Source: Mayamaea pseudoterrestris
Lineage: Eukaryota
Direction of reading: 5' to 3'
Length of the DNA stretch: 64,000 nt
Assembly: GCA_027923505.1 (NCBI GenBank)
Contig: BROI01000001.1
Coordinates: 1,798,001 to 1,862,000 of the forward strand
Under the pieces are notes generated by a model. That model did no database searches. It had not been told where the DNA came from and worked only from the letters and a program-made list of their open reading frames with translations. Both the position numbers and the translations under genes were made by a program. Every line of letters starts with the position of its first letter. The stretch's first letter is position 1. Of the stretch, positions 11,326-23,024 are shown in pieces.

Positions 11326-14300
11326 TTACTTCTTTTGCTCGAACATGGCTGAAACTGCTCGCCAGTCCACTGATTCGATGGTGTTGCTTCGGTCGCGATT
11401 GCCAACCTGCTGCTGTCCTCCGTCCTGGCTGTCTGAGGTAGCCGGGGAAAGGCGCGGCCGCTCAAGGATCGTATTCAATGGTGATCTGCTCGAGCCACCA
11501 GCAATAGTGAGATCAATCGGCATGGACGGAGAAGCATAGCGCATGTTCATCTTCTTGGAGAGTTCCAGACAAAAGCTTGTTAGGTTAGCCTTGCTGACCA
11601 AGACGTCTCCCGTCTCTTGCCACGAACAGCGGTGCTCACCAACCACCACGTATTCGACAAATCCTGCGTCCACCACGACGCGTTCAGCGCGGAAAGCAAG
11701 GAGAGAGCGCCATTCGCGTGGTCTAGCCTTGATAAACTCTTCGACAGCGCCCTTGTACACCTTGAGCTTTTTGTAGCTCGTGTCGAGCGGAAACTTGATC
11801 ATGAAGACCACCACAGCTTTCGGTGAACGGGCCGCGTTTATGATGCGACATGCAGCAAGTGAGCTATTGGCATACGTTGCAACCTCATTTGTCGACGCAT
11901 ATAGAACTGTCGTGGTGAACAGGTCCACGTCTTTGACGATCCATCCTGGAGCGCCAGCATAGTCAGTGTCTCTCGTTACTTCGCTGACATTTATACGATC
12001 TCCAATGTCATACGGCTTGCGAATGATGATAAAGAGCAACCCTTCGAAAAATTTGGCGGCCGCCGATCCAATCATAAAGGCAAAACCAATGGCAAACCCG
12101 CTGACCGAGGCAAAGATGACCACTGGGTCGATACCAATGACTGCTAGCACGATGCAGATGATGATGAAATAGAATACAACGTTGAAGATTGCCTCAAATG
12201 AAGCATCCATTTTGGTTGAATTTGCCACGGATGCTCGCAAGAGACGAAGCTCTTTATAAACGGTGTCAATCGCTTTGGCAAAATGGACCAGTCCAAGTGA
12301 ACCATCTCGCTCCGGGCGGAAAAGCCTAATCAACGCCTTTAAAGTATCTTCATCCATTTCGCCGTTGCGTTGCACAGCGAGGGAGGCAATGACATCAAAA
12401 CGAAGCACCCTCTCGGTTCCAGTTAAGCGCTTGTAGACCGCTTCAGTAGATGTAATGCATTCCATCCGATTCGATGCTGGTCCAAACGCGACGGAAAAGG
12501 GAAAGGCAGTGTTCAAGTAAGAGAGCGACTGTCGGAACTGGATGATGGCAGCGATAGGAGCCTTCGCAGTAGTTTTCTTGGCAACTTCAGGTTCTTCCCA
12601 TGCTCCAAGAAGTCTATCAATGCGGATCTTTTGGATACTGGACGAATTGGCTTTTCGGAGAATGGATGAGCCGCGTGACGGTGATGGTCCATTGCCCTGA
12701 CTAAAACTGTGAGTGATGTTGCGAGAATCCTTGCTTTCATCGCCTACATCGTCGTTGTTACTCTCCTCTTGAGGCTCGTAACGTCCGACGTCCAACCCAA
12801 GGTCGGCAAGCTCAAAGTCTTGCTCCTCCAATTCTCGTGCCAGTCCTGCGACCAAACCAACCAGCAGCGACTTTCTCATGACTGTCGTAAGATCATCAGC
12901 ATATCGATAGTAGGTCTTTTTGCCAAACCAGAAACCAACTGTGAAGCGCTTTATCGCCACTACCAGAGGGATGACCATTGCACATATCAAGACTGTTCTG
13001 TATTCCTTCGATGACGTCCACACGCCTGCTGGATTCACTTCATTGAAAACGTTTAGAACGTTCTGTCGATGTGTAAAGGAAACGATGACGCTAAGGTGTG
13101 GACTTCATACCGGCAAAACTTAGCAAATGTTTCGACTTACCTGCCAGAACAGCCAATGTCGAGCCCACCTGCTGGGACCGTATAGCATCACAAAGTTGTA
13201 TATTGCCCACCAGAAAACAATGAAAGGCCAGCCTTTACTTTGAACAATAAAGAGAGTTACAAATGGTCCAACCATCTTCACCGCCCACTTGGTCCGCAAT
13301 GCCAAGAATTCAATCACAAACGCTTGCGTCGCCAGTGCAAGCGTAAAGGTCACTGGTTGGCGGCAGCAGACAAACAAAATCCACCAAGACGCACTCGCCT
13401 GTCCGAAGATCTGTCTGGTGACATCAACAAATTCGCTGCCCGTCGAGTTGGTCGCTGTATCGTTGATAGCCGGTTCTTGGTTACTGTTTAACGACTCTAT
13501 GCATTGCGACTTTGTTCCGCATGGTGGATTGCCGCCCAAGTAAAAAAGAATGCACGCAACGCCAATAGCCGGGAGGACGATGAAAAAGATCATGACTTTT
13601 AGATACGAGTACACATTCATGCGCTTGAAGCTGATCCAATCTTCAAAGTCCTTGTATCGCGACTTGAGCTTTTGCTTTCGCGTGAGTACATGGCGGGAAC
13701 GACCTGGGCTTGATGAGCGCCGGCCATCGTCGTCCTCATTACTATCTGACGAGTTGTCTTTATTATCGCCCTGTCCTTCCGCATTGACCGTGGCTGCCGC
13801 TGCAGCAGCTGAAGCCGCTCCGGGGCTCGCAGGAGACCCCTCGTCCGACTTTTTCGATTGATCAATGGCGGTGGTGACGGTAAGGGTGCTTTTGAGAGCC
13901 TTCCATCGATCCTGCGCCGAGCTTACACTGACATCCTTGGTATCGTCCGAGCCAGAATCAATTGCAGTGCTACTCTTAGTGTCTGCTTTTACCTCCTTTG
14001 GCTCTTCCTTGTTTCGTTGAATGAGATTGACAGCATTCCTCATCAACTTGTCTTGGTCGGAAAGGTAGTCATTCGACCCGCTGGCATCAATTTTTTCATG
14101 CGCATGCAACTTGCTCGCCGACATGCCATGCTGCCGGTTCAGCATGGTCAGGTTTTCACCCAACTGAAAAAGACTTTCCGCCGCGTCCTCCGTCTTTCTG
14201 GTCCCTTGCGCGTAGGTGACGGCACGCCGCAGTGATGGCTTGGTGATTTTGGAAGTACCATTGTTGCCGCCGTTATCGGCGGTGCCACTAAACGTATCTG

Positions 14301-14891
14301 GATCAGTATCTTGGGGAACAAGCCCGAGAATGGAAACCTGCGCATCACTTGGACCAGCTTTAGTTGGATCCAAGTCATCCAGTGATACTTGAATTGCCCG
14401 GTCCGCTTCCGACTCGAGCGGATTCACTAGCACTTCACCGTAGCCATCGTCATTTTGCCGAAGAAATTCTGGATTGGAAATGTGGGAAACGTCTTCATCT
14501 TCGTTTTCTGGCTTGACCACTGTACTCATTGGAGCGCCGGATACTTCCCAAGAGACGGTTCTGAGGTTGAAAGAAAGAGAACCGTTTCAAAAGTGAACAT
14601 TTGATGAGAGATTCTTCGTCTCGCATGAAAAGCAACGAGCATTAAGGAGCCATACCTATTGTGCTTGCTCACTGGAGGCAACGGAGGTAGCTGCTGCAAA
14701 CTGTTTGCCCCGCCGACCATTGGATTTTCCAAGCCGGATCCGCCACCACTGTTGAGGTACGTTCCAAGGTCGCTTCGCGTCGGCGAATGAGGCGACGGTG
14801 GAGGCAAGCCGGCAGTGGCGCGAGGACTCGTTACGTTTGTTTGCTGCTGTCGAGGAGGTCGTCCGTCTTCGGCTCGTTCAGGTGGCGACAT
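11326..14891 (-). CDS. MscS-like mechanosensitive ion channel; three exons (introns 14561-14655 and 13063-13140)
   Basis: PYDIGDRI and NAARSP MscS-domain motifs, several TM helices. Both GT-AG introns join the ORFs in frame (KHNR-TVSW; LFWQ-NVLN). Confidence 0.9.
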
Positions 14892-15637
14892 GATCCTATT
14901 TATTGAACTCAAAAGTTTTCCTCTGTGATTATAGAATATTAGATGGACTGGATTTGTGTATCATTTGGCCACGCTGCCGATCCGGAGAGCAACATGGATG
15001 GCATGGAATACGTCGCGCGGCGTTCGCATTCTTCGAATTTCGATGTAGTGACGGACAGACGATTCACGAGTCAGGGCGAAAAACGTGACTGAAATGCAGT
15101 GCAGCCATTGGTCCGTTTCCATGTGACGACCGATAGCCGAGCAACATCTGTCGTGGGAGCCACCATGTTGTTCTATTGTGCCAGCATTTTGGTGTGCCAC
15201 GCATCGCGCAAGGGTCGTTTCAAGGTGTGGTGAGCGCCTCGTCTACCAGACTCGTTAAGGATGTCTTCAAGTGGGAGTCGTGCTCAGTCCGGCTTGTGAT
15301 ATTTCGCGCGCAAATAATGTCGCTCGCTTAGACTATCCTAAATGGTTCCATGAGCTACCGTAGTTGCAGTTAGCCACATTGCAGCTGCCATTACATTGGT
15401 TGTCAGCTTTATAATTGAACTCCCTAACTGATCAACCTGCGGTCGGCAAGGATCACAGGCATACTAACTCTGCGAGATGGTGTGTACTTGTTCGCGACTA
15501 ATTACTTCAGTTGTCTTTCGTTTTATAATATGAATTTATTCGTAATTTAGTACATATATCCAGCCAAGTGGCAGTGATCAGGCCCATTCAAGAGTCAAGC
15601 TTGCAACATCAGGACAGCAATTTGCGACGATTCCTTT

Positions 15638-15991
15638 CTAACAGCCAGCCTTGCACTCTTTAAAACCAGGCATGCACAACTTATTCTTGTCCTTGCCCTT
15701 GGCCGTCTTCATGCAGGCATTCTTACTCTTGGCGCAATTGCTAATGCAAATGGACTTTGGCGTTTCCACTTCCTCTTCGTCCTCCACGAGCGCGCGGCCC
15801 TTGGCGCAGGTAGCTTGGCAGGTGGTTTTATCCAGCATGCAAACCTTCTTGTCGGCGCCTGGCGCGCGGGTGCAGGTGGTAAAGGTGGCGGTGCAGTCGG
15901 CGTTGCAAGCTTTGACCGTCTTGAGGCCGCGCAGCACCGGAGTGGCTTGCGCCGAAGCAGCGAGCAAGGTAAGGAGGATGGTGAGCTTCAT
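15638..15991 (-). CDS. Small secreted Cys/Lys-rich protein (117 aa) with two six-cysteine modules
   Basis: Signal peptide MKLTILLTLLAASAQA from ATG 15991; two C-x3-C-x6-C-x10/12-C-x6-C-x3-C modules. Confidence 0.8.
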   Translation of the reverse strand: MKLTILLTLLAASAQATPVLRGLKTVKACNADCTATFTTCTRAPGADKKVCMLDKTTCQATCAKGRALVEDEEEVETPKSICISNCAKSKNACMKTAKGKDKNKLCMPGFKECKAGC

Positions 15992-16482
15992 GGTGATGAG
16001 GTTTTGTGAGAGACGAGTTGGAAGCGATTGCAAATTTGATTTTGTGAGATCAGACTGTGGCGAAAGCAACCAAAACTGGTCCCGGAAAATCGACACTGAG
16101 TTCCGCCAAGGGACGATTAGATTCAATCTACGAACGATTTAACGATGGCATTGTTAGTTGGGCAATAGTCACAGTCGTGCTTGCGTTGAATATCTGTCAC
16201 AATGGTTAGATCTTTGGGCCTTCAATCGAGCAAATACTATTGCCACATTGATTGTCTCATGGACGTGATAAAGTCAATGGCCGCAAGAAACTTCGCACAC
16301 ATGTAAGATTGGCCCAACGATTCGCCGAAAATGACCATTGACGTTTCGGAGAAAGCAGTCATGCTACGACATCATGAAATTACGTCGGAGTGGTTATGAC
16401 TAAATGGAAACGGACGTTCCACCATGGAGAAAAGCAAATCGACCTCTTCCTCAAAAGTGTAAAAATACGTTAACCAGCTAAC

Positions 16483-19053
16483 ATGATGATGCATTTCAGA
16501 GCTTCAGCGGTATCGCGCATAAAATTATCAGCTAGACGGCTATCAACCACGAAATCAGATATTGATTCGTCTCAATTCCTCGTCACTTCCCGTCATCGCA
16601 CCAACTTGATCTTTGGAGCCAATACTGACGTTGGAAAAACGCTTGTATCAGCCGGCTTGGTGAGGCAGTCGCTCCAGAAAAGGTTCGACTATGATACAGA
16701 TGCAATCACTCGCTACATCAAGCCGCTGCAGTGCGGAGGTTCCGATGAAGCGTTTGTGCGGAAACACTGTAGCGATTTGATGAAAAAATATGAAGGTGAT
16801 GGCGCATCTGATGGAATAAAATCGCAACTTGTCACGAAAACACTCTTCAACTGGAACACACCATCGTCGCCGCATGCTGCCAGCTTGGCGGAGCTTAAGC
16901 CCGTGAGTGACAAGCAAGTCTTGGATGCACTCATTGCCGAGCTATCGTATACTCACGACGAGTCTAGTGGCGATTTTGCGAAAACCACCTACGTGGAAAC
17001 GGCCGGCGGGGTGCTGAGTCCGTCGAGTGCGTCACCTCTAAACAATCGTCCGCATCATGCGGCAGCAGCAGCACCATCGAATGAAAATGCAACATCACGC
17101 TGGGGCTGGCAGACGCAGGCCGACTTGTACCAACCGCTCGTCGGCCAAATGCCAGTCGTCCTGGTGGGGGATGGCCGACTGGGAGGCATTAGCGTGACAC
17201 TGTCCGCCTTGGAGAGTCTCGTGCTGCGCGGCTACGACGTTGCCGCCATTATATTAATTGAAAGTCCTGATCACGACAATGTATTGGCGATTCGGGAGCA
17301 TGTATCGCGCCACATGGCCATTCGATCCGGCAGTGGTGAACGACTATTTGCGAATCCAATGCAGTCCATCTTGTCGCTTCCTCCCATTCCGAGTGATCCA
17401 AACGAGCCGCTGGATGAGTGGTATGCGTCAAGTGATGTAACTAATACGTTTCGGCGTCTCGATAGTTACTTGAATGAGTCATGGGAGGGACAGGTGGCAG
17501 ACTTGAATTCATTAACGTCGTCTGGGAGCGACATTATGTGGTGGCCGTTCACGCAGCATGGCAACCTTACAAACAATGAAGAGCCCCATGATGTTACGCA
17601 CATTGACAGTGCCAGCGGTGATGACTATATTGTCTTGAAGAACAGTCATGATTATCGTTGTCAGCAACGCGTCAACATGTTTGACGCGAGCGCCTCGTGG
17701 TGGACGCAAGGCTTGGGACATGGCAACTCCACCATGGCATTGGCTGCCGCCGCGGCGGCTGGTCGGTACGGCCATGTGATTTTTCCGCAAGTAGTACATG
17801 CGCCGGCGATTAATTTAAGTCATTACCTCATTAACGAAAATGGGCCTGGTGACGAATGGGCGGATCGCGTCTTTTTCTCCGATGATGGATCGACGGCAAT
17901 GGAAGTTGCCATCAAGATGGGCATGAAGCTTTATCAGAAGAGAATGAAGGTTACGGACGAGCAACGAGATGAAATGGAGTGGATGGTATGTGCACAGGCG
18001 GGCTGCTACCATGGTGATACCTTGGGAGTCATGGACGTTGCCGAACCAAGTGTCTACAACCAAGCACAGACGCCATGGTATGAATCAAGAGGACTTTTTC
18101 TAGAAACGCCAACGTTTGGGTATCGAGACGGAATGTTGGAGATTACTCATCCCGAAGGATCGGAGCCGACCAATGGAGCAAGCTCGACGTTTGGCTCGAT
18201 CAGACAAGCGATGGATGTTGGTGCGCGCATGATTTCTCGCAGCCTCTTTTCGCATTACAAGGAGACGATTGAACTGCAGTGGATGGTATATGAACATAGT
18301 GGCGGTCCTCGACGAAAGATTGGATGTGTCATAATAGAACCTGTACTCATGGGTGCCGGTGGAATGCAATTTGTTGATCCATTGTGGCAAAAAGCGCTTA
18401 TTGAAATCGCCGAGGCGCGAAATGTACCCGTCATATTTGACGAAGTAGCTTCTGGCTTGCATCGAGTTGGAGTCGTCAGCTGTCGCGAGATTATTCGCTC
18501 AAATCCAGACATTGCATGCTATGCTAAGCTACTGACTGGTGGACTTGTTCCGATGAGTGTTACGCTTGCTACGGAAGAAACCTTTGAAGCTTTCTTGGGC
18601 GACACGAAGGGGCAAGCGTTGCTACATGGGCATTCGTACACTGCACATCCTGTCGGATGTGTCAGTGCTTTGCATGCCTTGGAAGCGTATGACGCTGTCC
18701 TCCCCGACCATGACAAGAGTAAAGGCCCGCGCATGTGGTTTGACGAGGACCAAGTCAAGTCCTTATCGCATTTACCGCTTGTCGACAAGGCATTTACGTT
18801 GGGCACAGTCCTTGCAGTGACTATCAATTCAAACGATGGTACCAGCGGATATGACGTTCCATCTCCAGCGGTTCCCATCGTAGAAAAGCTTCATGGCAAA
18901 GGAATCTTTGCTCGCCCACTCGGTAATGTCGTTTACATTATGGCGTCGCCGGTGACAAGCAACGAAGAGTGTCGTCGTCTCGCAAAAATACTTCATGAAG
19001 CAATTGACGAACAAGGCACTAGCCATGTAATACCAGAAAATGATGTCACATAA
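16483..19053 (+). CDS. BIO3-BIO1: Bifunctional dethiobiotin synthetase / 7,8-diaminopelargonic acid aminotransferase (BioD-BioA fusion), mitochondrial
   Basis: GANTDVGKT and ETAGGV (BioD); WWPFTQH, YHGDT, FDEV, YAKLLTGG, HGHSYT, RPLGNV (BioA). Confidence 0.95.
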   Translation: MMMHFRASAVSRIKLSARRLSTTKSDIDSSQFLVTSRHRTNLIFGANTDVGKTLVSAGLVRQSLQKRFDYDTDAITRYIKPLQCGGSDEAFVRKHCSDLMKKYEGDGASDGIKSQLVTKTLFNWNTPSSPHAASLAELKPVSDKQVLDALIAELSYTHDESSGDFAKTTYVETAGGVLSPSSASPLNNRPHHAAAAAPSNENATSRWGWQTQADLYQPLVGQMPVVLVGDGRLGGISVTLSALESLVLRGYDVAAIILIESPDHDNVLAIREHVSRHMAIRSGSGERLFANPMQSILSLPPIPSDPNEPLDEWYASSDVTNTFRRLDSYLNESWEGQVADLNSLTSSGSDIMWWPFTQHGNLTNNEEPHDVTHIDSASGDDYIVLKNSHDYRCQQRVNMFDASASWWTQGLGHGNSTMALAAAAAAGRYGHVIFPQVVHAPAINLSHYLINENGPGDEWADRVFFSDDGSTAMEVAIKMGMKLYQKRMKVTDEQRDEMEWMVCAQAGCYHGDTLGVMDVAEPSVYNQAQTPWYESRGLFLETPTFGYRDGMLEITHPEGSEPTNGASSTFGSIRQAMDVGARMISRSLFSHYKETIELQWMVYEHSGGPRRKIGCVIIEPVLMGAGGMQFVDPLWQKALIEIAEARNVPVIFDEVASGLHRVGVVSCREIIRSNPDIACYAKLLTGGLVPMSVTLATEETFEAFLGDTKGQALLHGHSYTAHPVGCVSALHALEAYDAVLPDHDKSKGPRMWFDEDQVKSLSHLPLVDKAFTLGTVLAVTINSNDGTSGYDVPSPAVPIVEKLHGKGIFARPLGNVVYIMASPVTSNEECRRLAKILHEAIDEQGTSHVIPENDVT

Positions 19054-19095
19054 AAATCAAGCATGTCCTACCAGTAAATGTTATAACTTGCGATT

Positions 19096-21333
19096 TTAGC
19101 TCTGTAGAATTGAAATCTTTGGCCTACGAAACTTGCCCTCGATAACAGTAGAGTCCTGCCCGTTCTCACCTGAGGCCGCGCTAGCATTGCCTCCTTCGCC
19201 GTCGTCAACTTGAACATTAGGATATTTGCTCAATATCGTCTCCCAGGTAATTTTATTGTGCACAGCTTGAAAAATCAGCATTGTCACCTCGTCCTTATGT
19301 AATCGCACCTGCTTGCACGAATCGCGCTCTCGCAGTGTGACGGTACCATCCTTTACCGATTGGAAGTCAACAGTAACCGCAAAAGGAAGTCCCAATTCGT
19401 CACAGCGGGCATACCGACGACCCAAGGTAGCGGATGACTTGTCCACCCGCGTCGAAAGATCGCTCTCCATCAAATCTCGCGCAATTTCATCGACAATCTC
19501 ATTACATTCAGCATTCGGACTAATGGGCAACACAGCGCATTTCTCAGGGGCAATTTGAGGATTGAATCGCATTACGCATCGTTGCTCGTCTTGCTCGCGT
19601 TGATAAAAGGAATGCTCGAGCAGCGAGTAGAGGATACGTCCCATTCCAAACGACGGCTCAATGACAGAAGGCGTAAACTTGATCTCGTGAACCATTTTTG
19701 ACACCTTCTCCCATGTTACCATCTCTTTTGTAATTTCAAAACCTTCCAAACTAGTACTGCCGTTCGATTCAAGCGCCGTCGCAATAGGCTCAAAGTCCGC
19801 CCAATTCTCCGCTAACGCTTCCAATGCATTCGCCACGACTCGCTGATCCTGCTTAAACGCTTGTCCGAGCAACTTGCGGTCCAACTTTAGCTTCGCAATC
19901 TCCATTTTTTGTGGCGGGTCCACTTTTTGCGTCGCCACCATGGACGTTTTAGTGGCCTTGCTGTGCACATCCAAGTCGTAGCATGCTCGATCGGCGTGTC
20001 CAACGCACTCGACCCAGCCGTAGCTACTTTGAATCTCCAAGTCCCAGCAATCCGTCGCGTAGTGCGCCATTTCCGTCGTCAAATGCTGGCGGAACCGCAA
20101 ACGCTGCGGATCCATGCCAAGCTTCTCCATGAATAGTTGCGTGCGCGCCATGAAATAGGCCAGCGTCTCATTATTGATTAAACCAGAACTTACAGCATCA
20201 CCGACAGTCACATTCTTTGTCTTGCCCGATCCAAGTTGATCATCGCGTCCAAACAAGACAAGCTGCTTGTCCTTGACGCTGCCAAAGTTCGGATGCGACT
20301 TGTCCTTTGGGTTGACAAAGTGCTCAATTTCCGCCATGCAAAACTCGCGGACCCGCAGCAAGCCAGACCGCGGAGCAATCTCATTGCGAAAACCTAATCC
20401 AATCTGCGCCGCCGCAAAGGGAGTCTTGCCAGCGTTCAGGTCCAGCAAGCGCCGAAAATTGACAAACAAGCCTTGCGCCGTTTCCGGCCTCAAGTAGCCG
20501 ACCGATGTACCTTCCGGACCAATGCTTGTCTTGAACATCAAGTTAAACGGAAACGATGGTGAGAATGGTTCACCCGACGGACCCTTGGCTCCATACTTGA
20601 GCAGTAGCTCATCCAATTCCTGCGGCGAGTAGGCATCGGCCTGTCGCTGCACGCGCAAATGTTGTTCGCGCTCCTCGCTCGACAGTGGCGGAACGTTCGT
20701 TTCGAGCAGCGCGTCAATAGCATCTTCCAGCAACTTGTCGGCTCGAAAGCACTCGCCCGTTTTCAAATCCTTGACCATTAAATCGGTGAAGCGATCGACG
20801 TGACCCGACGTTTTCAACACAATCTCGGGTGTTAGCGCGGTGCACTCCATTTCAAGCATGCTTTCGTTCAAAACAAAGTGCTTGCGCCACAAGTCAATCA
20901 TGGCGGCCTGTAGTAAGTCGAATGAAGTTTAAATTGGCATGTTAGAAACTCTCTCGCAAGCACTTATTGTCTCTTTCACACATACACATTATTTGCCTAC
21001 CTTTAACGCACACGCCGGCGGCCCCAAGTCGAACAATCCCTTGACTCCGCCATGAATCTCGAACGACGGCACGATGAACATTTTGCGAATCATTAAGTCG
21101 TCAAAGTGCTTGCGCTGAAAAGAATTTGATGATGACGATGCATTGACTTGTTCCTGCAGAGCAGATGATTCCAGTTTTAGCGCTTGCAGTTTCTGGACGG
21201 CATCGGCAATCGCATCGGCAACGGCACCATCCTTCTTCAGTTGGCGAACGACGGAACCCTGCTTGGTGATTTGTGCGTTCAAGGCGTCATACTGGTCCTG
21301 AAGGGTTGATGAGGAAGCAGTTTCGGTCGCCAT
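19096..21333 (-). CDS. GARS: Glycyl-tRNA synthetase (eukaryotic type, WHEP N-terminus); intron 20908-21000
   Basis: LRPETAQG, FRNEIAPRSGLLRVREF, VIEPSFGMGR motifs. The GT-AG intron joins CALK to AAMIDLW. Confidence 0.95.
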
Positions 21334-22115
21334 GGTGACGAATAATGAAGGACGAAAGAATAACGAGAAATGGGACGAGCATGTTGCGAAACGTGCGGTG
21401 GGAGAAAGTGCGTTTCAGTCGTGGTGAGACACAATCTAATGGCAAGCATTCACAACAAGGCAGCCCCGAAGCTACTTTAGGAAGTCGGCCATGACTGATA
21501 TAAAGCGTCAAAATGACGCCTACGCTCCATATCTCAGCAAAAGTAGCAAAACGAAGCTCCGAGGATACACCGTACCGGTATTTTTCATTGCCGACAATGA
21601 GTAGTGAATGACATTGGCCCTAGCTAACACAAGTTTATGGCTCAAACTGTGACGCCCACCTCGCGAGCAAGCCGGACCATGGACGGTTTCCTATGATGGC
21701 GACAATGGCGAAACAGTCTGGCCGCATCGACCATTGATACGACGACGACGGCGCCGCAATCAAGCAACAATCACTGTAGTTCCGGTAGAGACGACAGCAA
21801 CTTTTTGAATAGCAGAATGACATATCGAGCAAGAGGAAGATCAATAATAGAGGTTGTCTTGGTAGGTTTCATCCCATTCAGATCAAAAAAAGGGCGATGA
21901 CAATTTTGGACAGCCAATGAATGAGACGCAGCAGGAATTTTGGATTAATGGAGAGTTAAATTACAAACGCTGCGTGGCAATATGCCTGGAGCTGAGTAAC
22001 ATATGGGCTGATTTGATTTCAAGCATCAACGCAACGTCTGATGGTGCATGTGTAGACGACCATACCCTCGCCAACAACTCATTTTTCCATTTTCTTCACT
22101 ATACCTCATTCGCAG

Positions 22116-22316
22116 GCCATTTGTTTCGTCGCATTTTTGGTTGGATTTATCACTGTATTATGTATTGGAAATTATTTCAGAGCCAAGCGAGCGCAGGAGC
22201 GGCAACGACAGCGACGACTGGCCAAGCTAGCGGCGGCCAACCACGTTGGCGGCGGTACCTATGATCCAGCGGGGTCCTACGAAGCTCCCAACATGCAGAC
22301 GGGAGTGCCGGCGTAA
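22116..22316 (+). CDS. Probable terminal exon of an unannotated small single-pass membrane protein
   Basis: After a pyrimidine-rich CAG acceptor the frame reads AICFVAFLVGFITVLCIGNYFRAKRAQERQRQRRLAKL...GVPA-stop. The upstream exon was not resolved. Confidence 0.4.
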   Translation, partial: AICFVAFLVGFITVLCIGNYFRAKRAQERQRQRRLAKLAAANHVGGGTYDPAGSYEAPNMQTGVPA

Positions 22317-23024
22317 CATAGTAGCGAGCTGGTGGTGGAGAGTTCGCGCGCGCGCTATGTTGAAGAAAGATGGTTGGCGAAAGCATTAAGGGATTGGGAC
22401 CAAACACGATTTGCTTGTGTCAAATCTACACTACACGTGGCTCATTCCTAACAAGAGTAGGAGGATGAAACTGTAGATTTTTTAGGCAACAATATTATCA
22501 ATAATGGTAAATGAAATATATATAACTTTGCAGCTACTCTATATGTCGTATCATATTGTAGCCACGCATGGTGAAGGTATCTATCTACACATGCGACGAC
22601 CCGACCACGTACCAGTATCGCAATCATGGTATCTGAGCTTGCAACGTTGAACTAAATTGGCTGAGTGCTTCGGCAGCAAAGGACTTGTGTAACATTATGT
22701 GGCGCGCGCCAAATCATGACAGTCTAAAGCTGCTCGAGGCGGTGAGGAAAGCCTGAATCGGTAGGGGCAGCAACGATGGAATTTGTAGTCTCTGCTCCTC
22801 TATGAACTAATTTATTACATATTTGAAAGTACTGTAGCTGCACTTTTTTCTGTATCTTGTTAGTGTACATAATGAAGCAAGACGATGTTTGTGTGCCAAG
22901 ACAGCAATTCGATTCAATGGGTAGCTACAGTCGTAACGGTATTAAAAGACTCGTTTTTCCACGCTCATGACCTAATTGACGAAGCCAACCATCGCGAAAT
23001 TCCGTCGCACACACCTTTTGCACC

